From contig OZ024740.1 of the NCBI GenBank assembly GCA_964016885.1, forward strand, positions 389,236,001 to 389,300,000: DNA of 64,000 nt, read 5' to 3'. Shown in pieces: positions 25,449 through 43,406 of the stretch. The position numbers and the translations under genes were made by a program. Source of the DNA: Eledone cirrhosa. Taxonomy: Eukaryota. The notes under the pieces were generated by a model. That model worked only from the letters and a program-made list of their open reading frames with translations. It had not been told where the DNA came from and did not search any database. The first letter of the stretch is position 1. Each line of letters begins with the position of its first letter.

Positions 25449-25816
25449 TTAGAAAGTGAGGTTTTTTTTACAAAATGAAAAATAACCGAGGTGTCCTACA
25501 CGAGTGGAAGTATAAAGAAAAAGGGATGAAATCGAAAATGCAACTGAAGTCTTATTTTTTTTTTTTTTTTTTTTTTAAAATATATATATTTATTTGGTTC
25601 CTTTACCGGTTTCGCAGTTCTTCTGCTTTTCAAAAGGTGAGTTGAGATGGAGGGTCTGTGGTTTTTCTCACATCTGTGAGAAAAACCACAGACCCTCCAT
25701 CTCAACTCACCTTTTGAAAAGCAGAAGAACTGCGAAACCGGTAAAGGAACCAAATAAATATATATATTTTAAAAAAAAATAAGACTTCAGTTGCATTTTC
25801 GATTTCATCCCTTTTT

Positions 25817-25823
<7 letters not shown>
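25449..25823. mobile_element. Fold-back mini-element (palindrome 25511-25823, 2-nt loop) in (TA)n; absent from the duplicated block
   Basis: Arms are identical apart from poly-T/A length. Centre ctcaca-tc-tgtgag. ~60-bp left tail. Confidence 0.92.
25710..25747 (+). ncRNA. Type I hammerhead with U3:A8 core (mirror copy 25600-25637 minus)
   Basis: CCTT-TTGAAAA-GCAG-aagaa-CTGC-GAAA-C-CG-G-TA-AAGG. All three stems pair; GUA triplet. Confidence 0.8.
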
Positions 25824-27871
<2,048 letters not shown>

Positions 27872-29017
27872 TATGCAAAAGTTCTATTTAAATTGTTGGG
27901 ATACAAGAAGTAAATATTTTTATAACTGATATAAAGCACTCGACAAATATTTGGAGTAGATATACGATATTAATAAATGGAAACTATATTTATAAAACCA
28001 TATTTATTTCATTATAGATATTTCAAGGATACCAAGTTAAATTATGGTATGCATTCATTAGACAAAATACAATATATATCAGTTTTACAAATAAGCATTG
28101 ACGTACCCTTTCAAAATGCGACCATGACTTTTGGAGGACATCAGGATAGTGGTTTGTTTATATTATTTTAGTAAGTGTTAGTGTTAAGGACAATTACAAA
28201 TGACGGAGAGAGAAAAGCGTGGAGAAAAAACAGAGAGAGAGAGAGAAAAGCGTGGAGAAAAAGGGAGAGATAAATAAAGAAAAATAGGAAAGAAAAGAAG
28301 AAAAAAGAAAAAAATAAGAAAACAGAGGAAAGCAACAGAGAGATATCAAACCATCAGACAGGAAGAAAAAACTCAAGAGAGAGAAATAAGAGATAGAGAG
28401 AGGGGGAGAGAACGAAAGCCTTAAGTCGTATCATATTAAGTTGAGTTAACAATTGAGATGAAATGAATAAATAAAATTAGAAATATTAATATTCATGAAT
28501 GGAATATACGTATATAATATGAGAAATTAATCATTGTTTAATTATGATTAGATATTTAGTTTAAAAATTGAGATCAATATACTAAAAATTGGAATTTAGA
28601 CATCACAAAATGTATATTGCTATAGAGATTACCTATCGTACAGCACGTATATATAGGCAAAGATACATAAATATATATATACACATACATTCAGAAAATA
28701 GACATTATATCTACTCCCGCATATATTATATACATACAGAGCATAAGTAATTTTTTTTATTACTGCTATACATTCCTTGTGTTATTAAATAAAAAATTCA
28801 CAGTATATATATATAAATATATAGGATTAACTTTCATGCATTTATGGGTGTTAAAATTATGCATATCTGCAATCAAAACTGTATGGGTAAGCATGCACAC
28901 ACATAACTCCTAGCTATACACACATATATATATATATATATATATAAATATGTGCGTGCATCTTCACCCGATTGGTAGACACGCGTCAATGCTTATTTGT
29001 AAAACTGATATATATTG

Positions 29018-29082
29018 TATTTTGTCTGATGAAGGCATACCATAATTTAACTTGGTATCCTTGAAATATCTATAATGAAATA
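29018..29082 (+). ncRNA. Type I hammerhead in the 5' pLTR of the Naiad-like element (also 43474-43538)
   Basis: tattttgt-CTGATGA-aggcATACCA..TGGTATcctt-GAAA-TA-tc-TA-TA-atgaaata. Confidence 0.75.
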
Positions 29083-29261
29083 AATATGGTTTTATAAATA
29101 TAGTTTCCATTTATTAATATCGTATATCTACTCCAAATACTTGTCGAGTGCTTTATATCAGTTATAAAAATATTTACTTGTTGTATCCCAACAATTTAAA
29201 TAGAACTTTTGCATATTCTCTGCTCCTTTATTGTTGAGCGCTTTACATTATAACTGAAAAA

Positions 29262-31491
29262 ATGGAATTCTTTAAGATCTCTTCTTCTCTAAAAGATATA
29301 CCTCTACCTAGGAACAAAGATTTTATTAAACAATTAATAGAAAAATCAGATTCTTTTATAAGAAGAATCAGGTGGCGTTTCCACTTCGATAAATCTAATC
29401 TAATTGAAAATGTTTCAAATCTGGATAAACTCTTCAAATCTAAAAAAAAATCCACCCCCCCCCCCCCCCCAACAAACTACTAATGGATTTTGAAAATGAT
29501 ATCATATCTATCATCCAAAGCATCAAATTCAAAAAAAACTTCAAAGGCCAAGATTACTTAAGAAATATTAAGGATAATATTGAAAACTTGGAGAAAACGG
29601 AGAAAATTCTAGTGAAGTCGGACAAAACTAATAATCTTTACGGAATACAAAAGGACATTTATAACGACCTTATATTGAAGGAACTAAGGAAGAAATACAA
29701 GGTAGCAAATAAGGACGAACTTGAAAAACTGAATACAGATGCCTCTTGTATAATTCATGAACTACACATTGAAAATAAAACACAACCCTTCATGCCAAGG
29801 AAACCTAAGATCAATATGAAGGATCACAAAAGAAACTTTGAAAATGATTTACCAGTCAGATTAATTGCACCATCTAAATCTGACCTGGGCAGACTTAGCA
29901 AAAATATTCTAGACAGAGTAATACAACAAATTAAGAATTTACCTAATTTATCTTAAAATTATGGAAAGGGACTAGTGAGGTTATCGATTGGTTTAAAGAA
30001 ATTAAATATAACTATAATAAGTTTATTCAGCTGGATATTGCTAACTACTACTCATCTATCATTCCAAATCTACTGAATAAGGCACTAACTTACGCATTTA
30101 AACATACAGACCTAACTAGCAATGAAATGCACATTATATTATCGGCACGGAAAACATTAATAGAATTTAATAACCAACTCTGGACTAGGGCAGATAGAAA
30201 TAATAATTTCGACATAACTATGGGTTCTTCAGACTCAGCTCAGGTAACGGACCTTGTGGGCCTATTTATAATTAATTCTCTACATAGAAAAATACCAGGT
30301 GTAACCGGAAGCTTATATCGTGACGACATGCTTTTACTTATAGAAAATAATAGCTGTGAACTAAATAGAAAAAGAAAACAAATTATACAATTTTTTAATT
30401 ACCTTAATCTAAAAGTAGAAATAGAGAATAACCATAAAATAGTCAATTTTCTAGATGTAACACTAAATCTCAACACATGTCTTCATTATCCATTTCACAA
30501 ACTAAATGAGAACTTGAATTATGTTAATTTTAACTCTAATCACCCCAGATCCGTAAAAAATACTATAGTGAACTCTGTTCAAGAACGAATTTCAAGAATT
30601 TCATCTAATAAGAATATATTTGATGAAAAAGCGCATTATTACAACGAAGCGTTAGGTAGAGCTGGGTATAGAAATAAAATTAAATACATCGATAATAATA
30701 ATAATAAACAAACTAACCAAAATAATAACAACTTTAATTATGGTAACAACTTTAACAACTATAATAGAAAACATTACAGTAATTCCGAAAGCCGAAAAAG
30801 AAATAGAACTAGGAATATATTATGGTTCGCCCCTCCTTTCTCACTAAATATTAAAACCCCTATTGCTAAACTATTCTTTAAAGCTCTTGACAAACGCTTC
30901 CCTAGAACACATAAATATTACTCAATTTTTAATAGACATACTATAAAATTAACTTACTCTTCCACCAAAAATTTAGCGCAAAATATTAATAGAATTAATA
31001 ATAGAAACTTAAAACCTAACCAAAATACCAATAATAACCCAAGCAATATTCAATCGAATAACTGTAACTGTAGAAATAAATCCAACTGTCCGTTAAATAA
31101 CAACTGCTTAGCTAAAAATGTAGTTTATAATTGTAATGTTAAAACTAATTTAAATTCATTTAATTATGTCGGTTCTACCTCTACAGAATTTAAATCCCGC
31201 TTCAATAATCATAAAAATTCTTTTACAGATCCAAACAAAAAATCTTCAACTTCGCTATCTAGCCTATTATGGGACCTAAAACGAGATAATGTTGAATATT
31301 CGCTGATTTGGAATATTATTTCAAAAGCTACTCCTTTTAATTCCTCTTCAGAAAATTGTGATCTTTGTATAGAAGAAATATTCTTTATATTAAAGACCAA
31401 AAATTCCCTTAATCTAAGGAATAATTTATTCAGTTGCTGCAGACATAGATTGAACTCAACGTTTAAATATAAATATAAATTTAAAATGTAG
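29262..31491 (+). pseudogene. Naiad-like PLE RT + GIY-YIG ORF, frameshifted
   Basis: SLKDIPLP, FIRRIRW, KSDKT, KDHK, RLIAPSKS, FIQLDI, FDITMGS, LYRDD, FLDVT, SNHP, ILWFAPP, CNCR..CP..C, NVVY..YVG, CDLCIEE, CRH. Breaks in the poly-C run (~29460) and at ~29950. Confidence 0.9.
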
Positions 31492-32270
31492 TATAATTAA
31501 TTAAGTAATTTGGTTAATATATGAAACCTGTCGATAGATCATTAGATTCCTTCACCTTTTTCTTTTTAAATTTTCTTCCTAAATATAAATATAGATATAA
31601 TAAAGTACTCTAAAATGTCTATCCTTCCAATATCTTAAATAAAATATACGTAAGATAAATTTCTATACTAAATATATTAAACATATTATTTTAGCTTAAA
31701 ATATTCTATAATTTTAAAATATTTTAATATTTTGATATCTGTAGAATCCTTGTTTTTTAAATTATATTGATATAATATTTTATTTATTTTTTATTAGGTT
31801 TGTTTTTATTCTGATAGCTTCTCATAATTTTCAAAAGTTTATCCTTTCAATATCTTGATTAAAATATACGTAAGATAAATTTCTATACTAAATCTATTAA
31901 ACATATTATTTTAACTTAAGATATTCTATAATATTTTAAAATATTTAATATTTTGATATTTGTAGAATTCGTTTGTCTTTTAAGTTATACTGATATAATT
32001 ATATTTCCAAAATATAATCCTTTTGTATTTTAAATATATATTGATATAATTATATTTCCAAAATATAATCCTTTTGTATTTTATATACTCAATTGTACTA
32101 TGTAATATATTGATGTATACTTATCTCTATACGAATATGTATATATATATATGTGTATTAACATACATATACATGTGTTATATGCTTTTTTGTGATTATA
32201 TATCTGTCTGTATATATGCATGAGTGACGCGTGTCTACCAATCGGGTGAAGATGCACGCACATATTTATA

Positions 32271-32315
<45 letters not shown>

Positions 32316-34436
32316 ATAGCTAGGAGTTATGTGTGTGCATGCTTACCCATACAGTTTTGATTGCAGATATGCATAATTTTAACACCCATAAATGCATGAA
32401 AGTTAATCCTATATATTTATATATATACTGTGAATTTTTTATTTAATAACACAAGGAATGTATAGCAGTAATAAAAAAAGTCACTTATGCTCTGTATGTA
32501 TATATTATATGCGGGAGTAGATATAATGTCTATTTTCTGAATGTATGTGTATATATATATTTATGTATCTTTGCCTATATATACGTGCTGTACGATAGGT
32601 AATCTCTATAGCAATATACATTTTGTGATGTCTAAATTCCAATTTTTAGTATATTGATCTCAATTTTTAAACTAAATATCTAATCATAATTAAACAATGA
32701 TTAATTTCTCATATTATATACGTATATTCCATTCATGAATATTAATATTTCTAATTTTATTTATTCATTTCATCTCAATTGTTAACTCAACTTAATATGA
32801 CATGACTTAAGGCTTTCGTTCTCTCCCCCTCTCTCTATCTCTTATTTCTCTCTCTTGAGTTTTTTCTCTCAGTCTGATGGTTTGATATCTCTCTGTTGCT
32901 TTCCTCTGTTTTCTTATTTTTTTCTTTTTTCTTCTTTTCTTTCCTCTTTTTCTTTATTTATCTCTCCCTTTTTCTCCACGCTTTTCTCTCTCTCTCTGTT
33001 TTTTCTCCACGCTTTTCTCTCTCTCTCCGTCTTTTGTAATTGTCCTTAACACTAAGACTTACTAAAATAATATAAACAAACCACTATCCTGATGTCCTCC
33101 AAAAGTGATGGTCGCATTTTGAAAGGGTACGTCAATGCTTATTTGTAAAACTGATATATATTGTATTTTGTCGGATGAAGGCATACCATAATTTAACTTG
33201 CTATCCTTGAAATATGTATAATGAAATAAATATGGTTTTATAAATATAGTTTCCAATTCGATATTGAGCGTTTGACAATCCAGTTAGAGAATCGTAGTCT
33301 GATGTTCTTTAGTTCAATACAGGAGGCTGTTACGTTTCGAGAAACGACATTGAATACCACCCGGAAGTGTGTGTGTGGCTAAGGGGAGTTAATGCATGAG
33401 GGGAGGTAACTCCGGGGTTTCTATACCTAGCTATTGAAATGTGTCTCAATATAGACCCTAATTTCTATGGTTATGCGCAACTTCCAAAAAATTTCTAAAG
33501 CATAAAGTGTTTTAACTATAGAGTAGTTTAATTAAGTTGTGCTGAAGGTGTTCGTATTATTATGGTGAATTAATGATCTCTGTGGTTGTAGTCTACTCAT
33601 AGGACCAGAGAACTTACCAGAGATCATTGTGTCTTGAAGTGATTCTGCAACCACCGCGAATTGTCGTGGATTATGTGAGGGGCATATAATCGATAAATAC
33701 ACTCCCCTGACCATGAAAATGTCGAAGTACATGAAGTACTTGTCATCCCTTCGCTGTGCATCTCCATTACTTTAATATTTTTAATATTTTTAATGCTTGC
33801 ACTATTTTTAATGCTTATATCATTTCTCCACACACAGACTATATCAATCATATAAAGAATCTGCCACCAGATCAACCAACCTAACACTCTTGTTTACCTA
33901 CCTAAGTGCCTCTACTACACGTATCTCTCTGCCACACTATATAAACAAGACGCACGTGCTTGCCACACATATAACATTTGCACTATATAACCGCTTATTT
34001 TCATGTTGTATTTTAACCTGTATTTTTGATTTTTGATTGTACCTTTTAATATGAATGTAATCTCGAAGTGTGTACTGCCACTCTAAATTCTGTAATGAAT
34101 GTTGACCCACAATATTTGCATATGTATCGGTATGTCTCTTGGCTGAAAAGGAGGTCATATAACTGTCCATCCATTAATAAATTGCTCCGAAGAATCCAAA
34201 CCTCGGTTTGGAAGAAACAGCTGTAAGCACAATAATGTTTTGAACAGTTCTTTGATTCTTATATTTCATATAACTGCTCTGTAAAGCATCTGATGTTTTT
34301 ACATTGAGCTACTTAACTTACTGGTAATAAGGTAGTAATACATTACTGCCTACCACTATTTAGGGTTTGTATAAAAAATACATATAACTGCATAAGGTTT
34401 TTGTATTTACATAACCATAAATAGTATAATTAATAC

Positions 34437-35797
<1,361 letters not shown>

Positions 35798-36027
35798 AAC
35801 TAAAACCTATTGAGAAAGTGGCTTTCTTGTTCAATCATCTTACCAGAAGCCTGACATTATTTATGTAAGCGGACGGTACTTGATTTAGGAGCCGCAGAAA
35901 CCCATATACTGGATTTTACCAACCTTCCAGGGGTCCCGGTAAATTTTCAATACACGAATTACTTGATCGTTTTTTTTTGGGGGGGGGGGGGGAGCTATGC
36001 AAATAATTGTTTAACCATCGTCTCAAT

Positions 36028-36227
36028 NNNNNNNNNNNNNNNNNNNNNNNNNNNNNNNNNNNNNNNNNNNNNNNNNNNNNNNNNNNNNNNNNNNNNNNNN
36101 NNNNNNNNNNNNNNNNNNNNNNNNNNNNNNNNNNNNNNNNNNNNNNNNNNNNNNNNNNNNNNNNNNNNNNNNNNNNNNNNNNNNNNNNNNNNNNNNNNNN
36201 NNNNNNNNNNNNNNNNNNNNNNNNNNN
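36028..36227. other. Assembly gap (200 N)
   Basis: Run of N. Confidence 1.
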
Positions 36228-36251
36228 CTTTGCTTAAACTTTAATCTGTTA

Positions 36252-36353
<102 letters not shown>

Positions 36354-36354
36354 A

Positions 36355-36392
<38 letters not shown>

Positions 36393-36554
36393 TATATAAT
36401 ATATATATATATATATATATAAATATATATATGTATGAATATATAATATATATATATATATAAATATTTATATGTATGTATATACAATATATATATATAA
36501 ATATATATATATGTATGTATATATAATATATATATATAAATATATATATGTATG

Positions 36555-36593
<39 letters not shown>

Positions 36594-36607
36594 TATATAT
36601 GTATATG

Positions 36608-36638
<31 letters not shown>

Positions 36639-36663
36639 AATATATATATGTATGTATATATAA

Positions 36664-36710
<47 letters not shown>

Positions 36711-37100
36711 TAGCGAGGTTTTTTATATGAAAGAAATCGTGTGTCGAAACAGATATTGTTATACTAAGTTTTTACCGGTTGCGCATTTCTAAATGCTTTT
36801 CAAAAATAATTTTGAGATAGAGTGTCCGTGCTGTTTGCTCTGATCTGAGCAAACAGCACGGACACTCTATCTCAAAATTATTTTTGAAAAGCATTTAGAA
36901 ATGCGCAACCGGTAAAAACTTAAAACCACAACTGAATACTAACCCATACAATCACTAATACTCTTTTATTCCTAATTAAACCATTTTTCAACTGTGAACA
37001 ATTTGTCAGCATTTTCTATTCCGTTTACCAATATATAATAACTTGTGTGTTACACCTCTATTCTTTTAACTATATATATATATATATAAATATATATATG

Positions 37101-37296
<196 letters not shown>

Positions 37297-37343
37297 TATA
37301 TGTATGTATATATATATAATATATATATATATATAAATATATA

Positions 37344-40300
37344 TTTCGTTTCTGAATTTGTTTAGCAAGATTCTTTATCTGAAATCGTGTGTTGAAACCG
37401 ATATTGTTATACTTTGGGAGGGTCATGTTGCCAATAAGAAACACACGCACCAGTTTATTATAATAAATTCAATTTATTATAATAAATTTATAATAAATTT
37501 ATAAGTTTATAAATATATAAATTTATAAATTTCTGGTTGGTTAGTTGGTTCCACAACCAGATAGTTGTTTATATATTGTCATAGTTCTTTCGTCACACAC
37601 TCTGTGACCTCTTCAGTGACTGGGGATTCCTTTCTTTGTTTTTGTGCCTCTCTTTTGTTCTGTCCTACGCCATTTTGTTTCTGTGTGTGTGTTGTGTGCT
37701 CAGTCTGCGCATGCGCCACATCCGGGTGCCTGTGTGTGTTTATGTTCATGTATTTATTTGTTTATTTACATGTTACTGGTTGGTTGTTTGTTCTATGTGT
37801 GTGTGTGTATTCATTTTGTCCTTCATTATAAGTTGTGATGTTGCTGTTCCACTCATATTTTCTATTTAATTTTGGTTGTAATTCTTTTATGTTTATTGCC
37901 TCTGTGATTTGTCTAAACATTGCGTCTTTTCTGTGTGTAGATTCTATTTTTATTTCTATGTTCTCTAATTTACCCTTGTGTTCTATTTTAGCATGTTGGT
38001 AGAGTACAGATGATTCTTTACTATCTTGAAGGTCTCGCCAGTTGCTGGGCCTCCATTCTATTATGCTTCTTGCTATACTATTATGAACAAACAGAAGCAC
38101 AATTTAATATAGCTAGATCCGAACTTAGAAATATTATAGAACATTATAGCAAGAAACATAATAGAATGGAGGCCCAGCAACTGGGAGAAAAATCTGCAAA
38201 TGGCTTGCGTAATCTCATGCAGCGCTCGCGTAATGGAGAGATAGCATGCTTTCCAACAGACAAGTCTGGCAGAATGTCGGTTGACAGCCTGCCAAACTAC
38301 ATCCAGGCAATGCAACCCCACATCACCAACACAAGAGAGGTAACACCACAGGAGCATGAGGATAGAGAAAAAGCCCTCAATGCCCATATGGTGATGTGGA
38401 CAAATATAATGCAGCCCAACAAAAGGACTGCCAACAACTTCCAGGCCTGGAACAATGACGTGCCGGCGTTGTATGGGCTTCGAAAAGACCATAAAACGGG
38501 CAGTGACCCTGTCGCGGGACCACCAACACGGCCAGTCTGTGGAGCTAACATTGCTAGTAACTACAGACTGTCCTACTTCCTCTCCTTGATCATACGCCCC
38601 ATCATTGAAATGTCCCCAGATGTATGTGACAGCACGGAGGACCTCCTCAGCAGAATCGGCGTGAGTAACCGATCTAGGGACCTAACAAACTGCATAATAG
38701 GTAGTATGGATGTTGTGTCCCTGTATCCATCTATTGACGTGGATTTTGCTGTGGATAAATGCGTAGAAATGATCAGTGAGAGCAATGTTGAGTTCCGTGG
38801 GATTGATACCAGTGAGCTGGGACTCCTACTTAAACTTACCTATAGTAATAATTACCTAGACACATATGACCTTAGCAACCTGTGCCCTACAAGACCAGCA
38901 AGAGGCAGACCACCTACCATTACCTCAATGGCCAAGAAAACCCACACAGATAGATGGAACGGGTGGACCAGAGCATTAGAGTTACTATAGACTACCCAAG
39001 TAAACACCCCAACCACCGATTGCCTGTACTAGACACAGAGCTCTGGTTAGATACCATTAATAACAAAAAACAAATCCTCCATTCCCATTATGCCAAACCC
39101 ATGACTTCCAAACATCTGATCCACCGAAACTCGGCCGTTTCGGACCATACCAAAATCAACATACTGATTGCGGATTTGGTATGGGTGATGAGAAACGTGT
39201 CCCGCATGTGCAACCCCGAAGAACTAGAGAGACACATACAACACTTCATCCACCGTATGCAGTTCTCTGGCTACAATCAGAGAGATAAAATCAGAGTATA
39301 TAGAGGAGCCAGAACCAAATGGGAAAAAATGGTACATAATGACATAAATGGGACCTGCCCCTTGTATAGGAGCAAATTTTGGAATAGAATAGAAAGAACT
39401 AGGAACAAGACTAATAGAATAAACTCATGGTATGATAGCAATAAATACCAGAGTGTAATGTTCATCGATACAACCCCTAGATGTGAATTAGCTTACAAAT
39501 TTAGAAGGGCCCTAGATAAACATAAACTCAATATTAAGATAGTAGAAAGACCAGGTACCTCCGTAAAAACACGCATTAGCAAGACATACCCTTTTCAAAG
39601 ACCCTCATGTATAGATAAGAAATGTATAACCTGTAAAATAAGCCCCCATATTAACTGTAAAACTAGAAATGTAGTGTATAGCATAAGATGTACCGAAGGA
39701 CAATGTAGAGACAAAAATATAGTGTACATAGGTGAGACAGCTCGTAGTGTAGGGGAACGGATAAATGAACACTGGCGAGACCTTCAAGATAGTAAAGAAT
39801 CATCTGTACTCTATCAACATACTAAAATAGAACACAAGGGTAAATTAGAGAACATAGAAATAAAAATAGAATCTACACACAGAAAAGTTTAGACAAATCA
39901 CAGAGGCAATAAACATAAAAGAATTACAACCAAAATTAAATAGAAATATGAGTGGAACAGCAACATCACAACTTATAATGAAGGACAAAATGAATACACA
40001 CACACACATAGAACAAACAACCAACCAGTAACATGTAAATAAACAAATAAATAAATGAACATAAACACACACAGACACCCGGATGTGGCGCATGCGCAGA
40101 CTGAGCACACAACACACACACAGAAACAAAATGGCGTAGGACAGAACAAAGGAGAGGCACAAAAACAAAGAAAGGAATCCCCAGTCACTGAAGAGGTCAC
40201 AGAGTGTATGACGAAAGAACTATGACAATATATAAACAACTATCTGGTTGTGGAACCAACCAACCAACCAGAAATTTATAAATTTATAAATTTATTATAA

Positions 40301-40383
40301 ATTTATTATAATAAATTGAAGTGAAAGCAACTGGTGCGTGTGTTTCTTATTGGCAACATGACCCTCCCAAAGTATAACAATAT
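37344..40383 (+). mobile_element. PLE family 1, copy B (counterpart of copy A)
   Basis: Same structure and RT deletion; an extra 8-bp deletion near 39887. Confidence 0.93.
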
Positions 40384-40396
40384 AAATATATATATG

Positions 40397-40466
<70 letters not shown>

Positions 40467-40632
40467 ATATAATATATATATGTATGTATATATAATATAT
40501 ATATATATGTATATATAATATATATATATATGTATATATAATATATATATATATGTATGTATATATAATATATATATATATGTATATATAATATATATAT
40601 ATATGTATATATAATATATATATATATGTATG

Positions 40633-40672
<40 letters not shown>

Positions 40673-40707
40673 TATATATGTATATATAATATATATATAT
40701 ATGTATG

Positions 40708-40747
<40 letters not shown>

Positions 40748-40782
40748 TATATATGTATATATAATATATATATATATGTATG

Positions 40783-40813
<31 letters not shown>

Positions 40814-40834
40814 ATATAGATATATATGTATATA

Positions 40835-40890
<56 letters not shown>

Positions 40891-41026
40891 ATATATATAT
40901 ATAATATATATATATATATATAATATATATATATATATGTATATATAATATATATATATATATAATATATATATATATGTATATATAATATATATATATA
41001 TATAATATATATATATATATATAAAT

Positions 41027-41059
<33 letters not shown>

Positions 41060-41083
41060 AATATATATATGTATATATATATG

Positions 41084-41128
<45 letters not shown>

Positions 41129-41276
41129 ATATATATATATAAATATATATGTATGTATATATATATATATATAAATATATATGTATGTATATATATATAT
41201 ATAAATATATATGTATGTATATATATATAAATATATATATGTATGTATATATATATATATAAATATATATATGTAT

Positions 41277-41346
<70 letters not shown>

Positions 41347-41371
41347 ATATATATATATAAATATATATATG

Positions 41372-41827
<456 letters not shown>

Positions 41828-41831
41828 TATG

Positions 41832-41972
<141 letters not shown>

Positions 41973-42033
41973 ATATATATATATAAATATATATATGTAT
42001 GTATATATATATATATATATAAATATATCTATC

Positions 42034-42082
<49 letters not shown>

Positions 42083-42101
42083 ATATATAAATATATATCT
42101 G

Positions 42102-42237
<136 letters not shown>

Positions 42238-42247
42238 TATATATATA

Positions 42248-42312
<65 letters not shown>

Positions 42313-42319
42313 TTATATA

Positions 42320-43367
42320 TATGCAAAAGTTCTATTTAAATTGTTGGGATACAACAAGTAAATATTTTTATAACTGATATAAAGCACTCGACAAATATTT
42401 GGAGTAGATATACGATATTAATAAATGGAAACTATATTTATAAAACCATATTTATTTCATTATAGATATTTCAAGGATACCAAGTTAAATTATGGTATGC
42501 ATTCATTAGACAAAATACAATATATATCAGTTTTACAAATAAGCATTGACGTACCCTTTCAAAATGCGACCATGACTTTTGGAGGACATCAGGATAGTGG
42601 TTTGTTTATATTATTTTAGTAAGTCTTAGTGTTAAGGACAATTACAAATGACGGAGAGAGAGAAAAGCGTGGAGAAAAAACAGAGAGAGAGAGAGAAAAG
42701 CGTGGAGAAAAAGGGAGAGATAAATAAAGAAAAATAGGAAAGAAAAGAAGAAAAAAGAAAAAAATAAGAAAACAGAGGAAAGCAACAGAGAGATATCAAA
42801 CCATCAGACAGGAAGAAAAAACTCAAGAGAGAGAAATAAGAGATAGAGAGAGGGGGAGAGAACGAAAGCCTTAAGTCGTATCATATTAAGTTGAGTTAAC
42901 AATTGAGATGAAATGAATAAATAAAATTAGAAATATTAATATTCATGAATGGAATATACGTATATAATATGAGAAATTAATCATTGTTTAATTATGATTA
43001 GATATTTAGTTTAAAAATTGAGATCAATATACTAAAAATTGGAATTTAGACATCACAAAATGTATATTGCTATAGAGATTACCTATCGTACAGCACGTAT
43101 ATATAGGCAAAGATACATAAATATATATATACACATACATTCAGAAAATAGACATTATATCTACTCCCGCATATAATATATACATACAGAGCATAAGTGA
43201 TTTTTTTTATTACTGCTATACATTCCTTGTGTTATTAAATAAAAAATTCACAGTATATATATATAAATATATAGGATTAACTTTCATGCATTTATGGGTG
43301 TTAAAATTATGCATATCTGCAATCAAAACTGTATGGGTAAGCATGCACACACATAACTCCTAGCTAT

Positions 43368-43406
<39 letters not shown>

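Larger units (their letters stand above)
27872..33255 (+). mobile_element. Naiad-like Penelope element, copy 1: inverted pLTR + partial tandem pLTR + ORF + pLTR
   Basis: 27872-28988 is the reverse complement of pLTR 32225-33255 plus leader; 28984-29115 is a direct repeat of 33130-33255. Confidence 0.92.

Noticed and set aside
29935-29965. Programmed frameshift in the Naiad-like ORF, shared by both copies
   Set aside because: No proper slippery heptamer in the allowed window, and the two copies are probably alleles, so sharing is not independent evidence.
29262-31491. Selenocysteine recoding as reported for some Naiad elements
   Set aside because: The conserved Cys positions are TGT/TGC, and the breaks are frameshifts ending in TAA rather than in-frame TGA.
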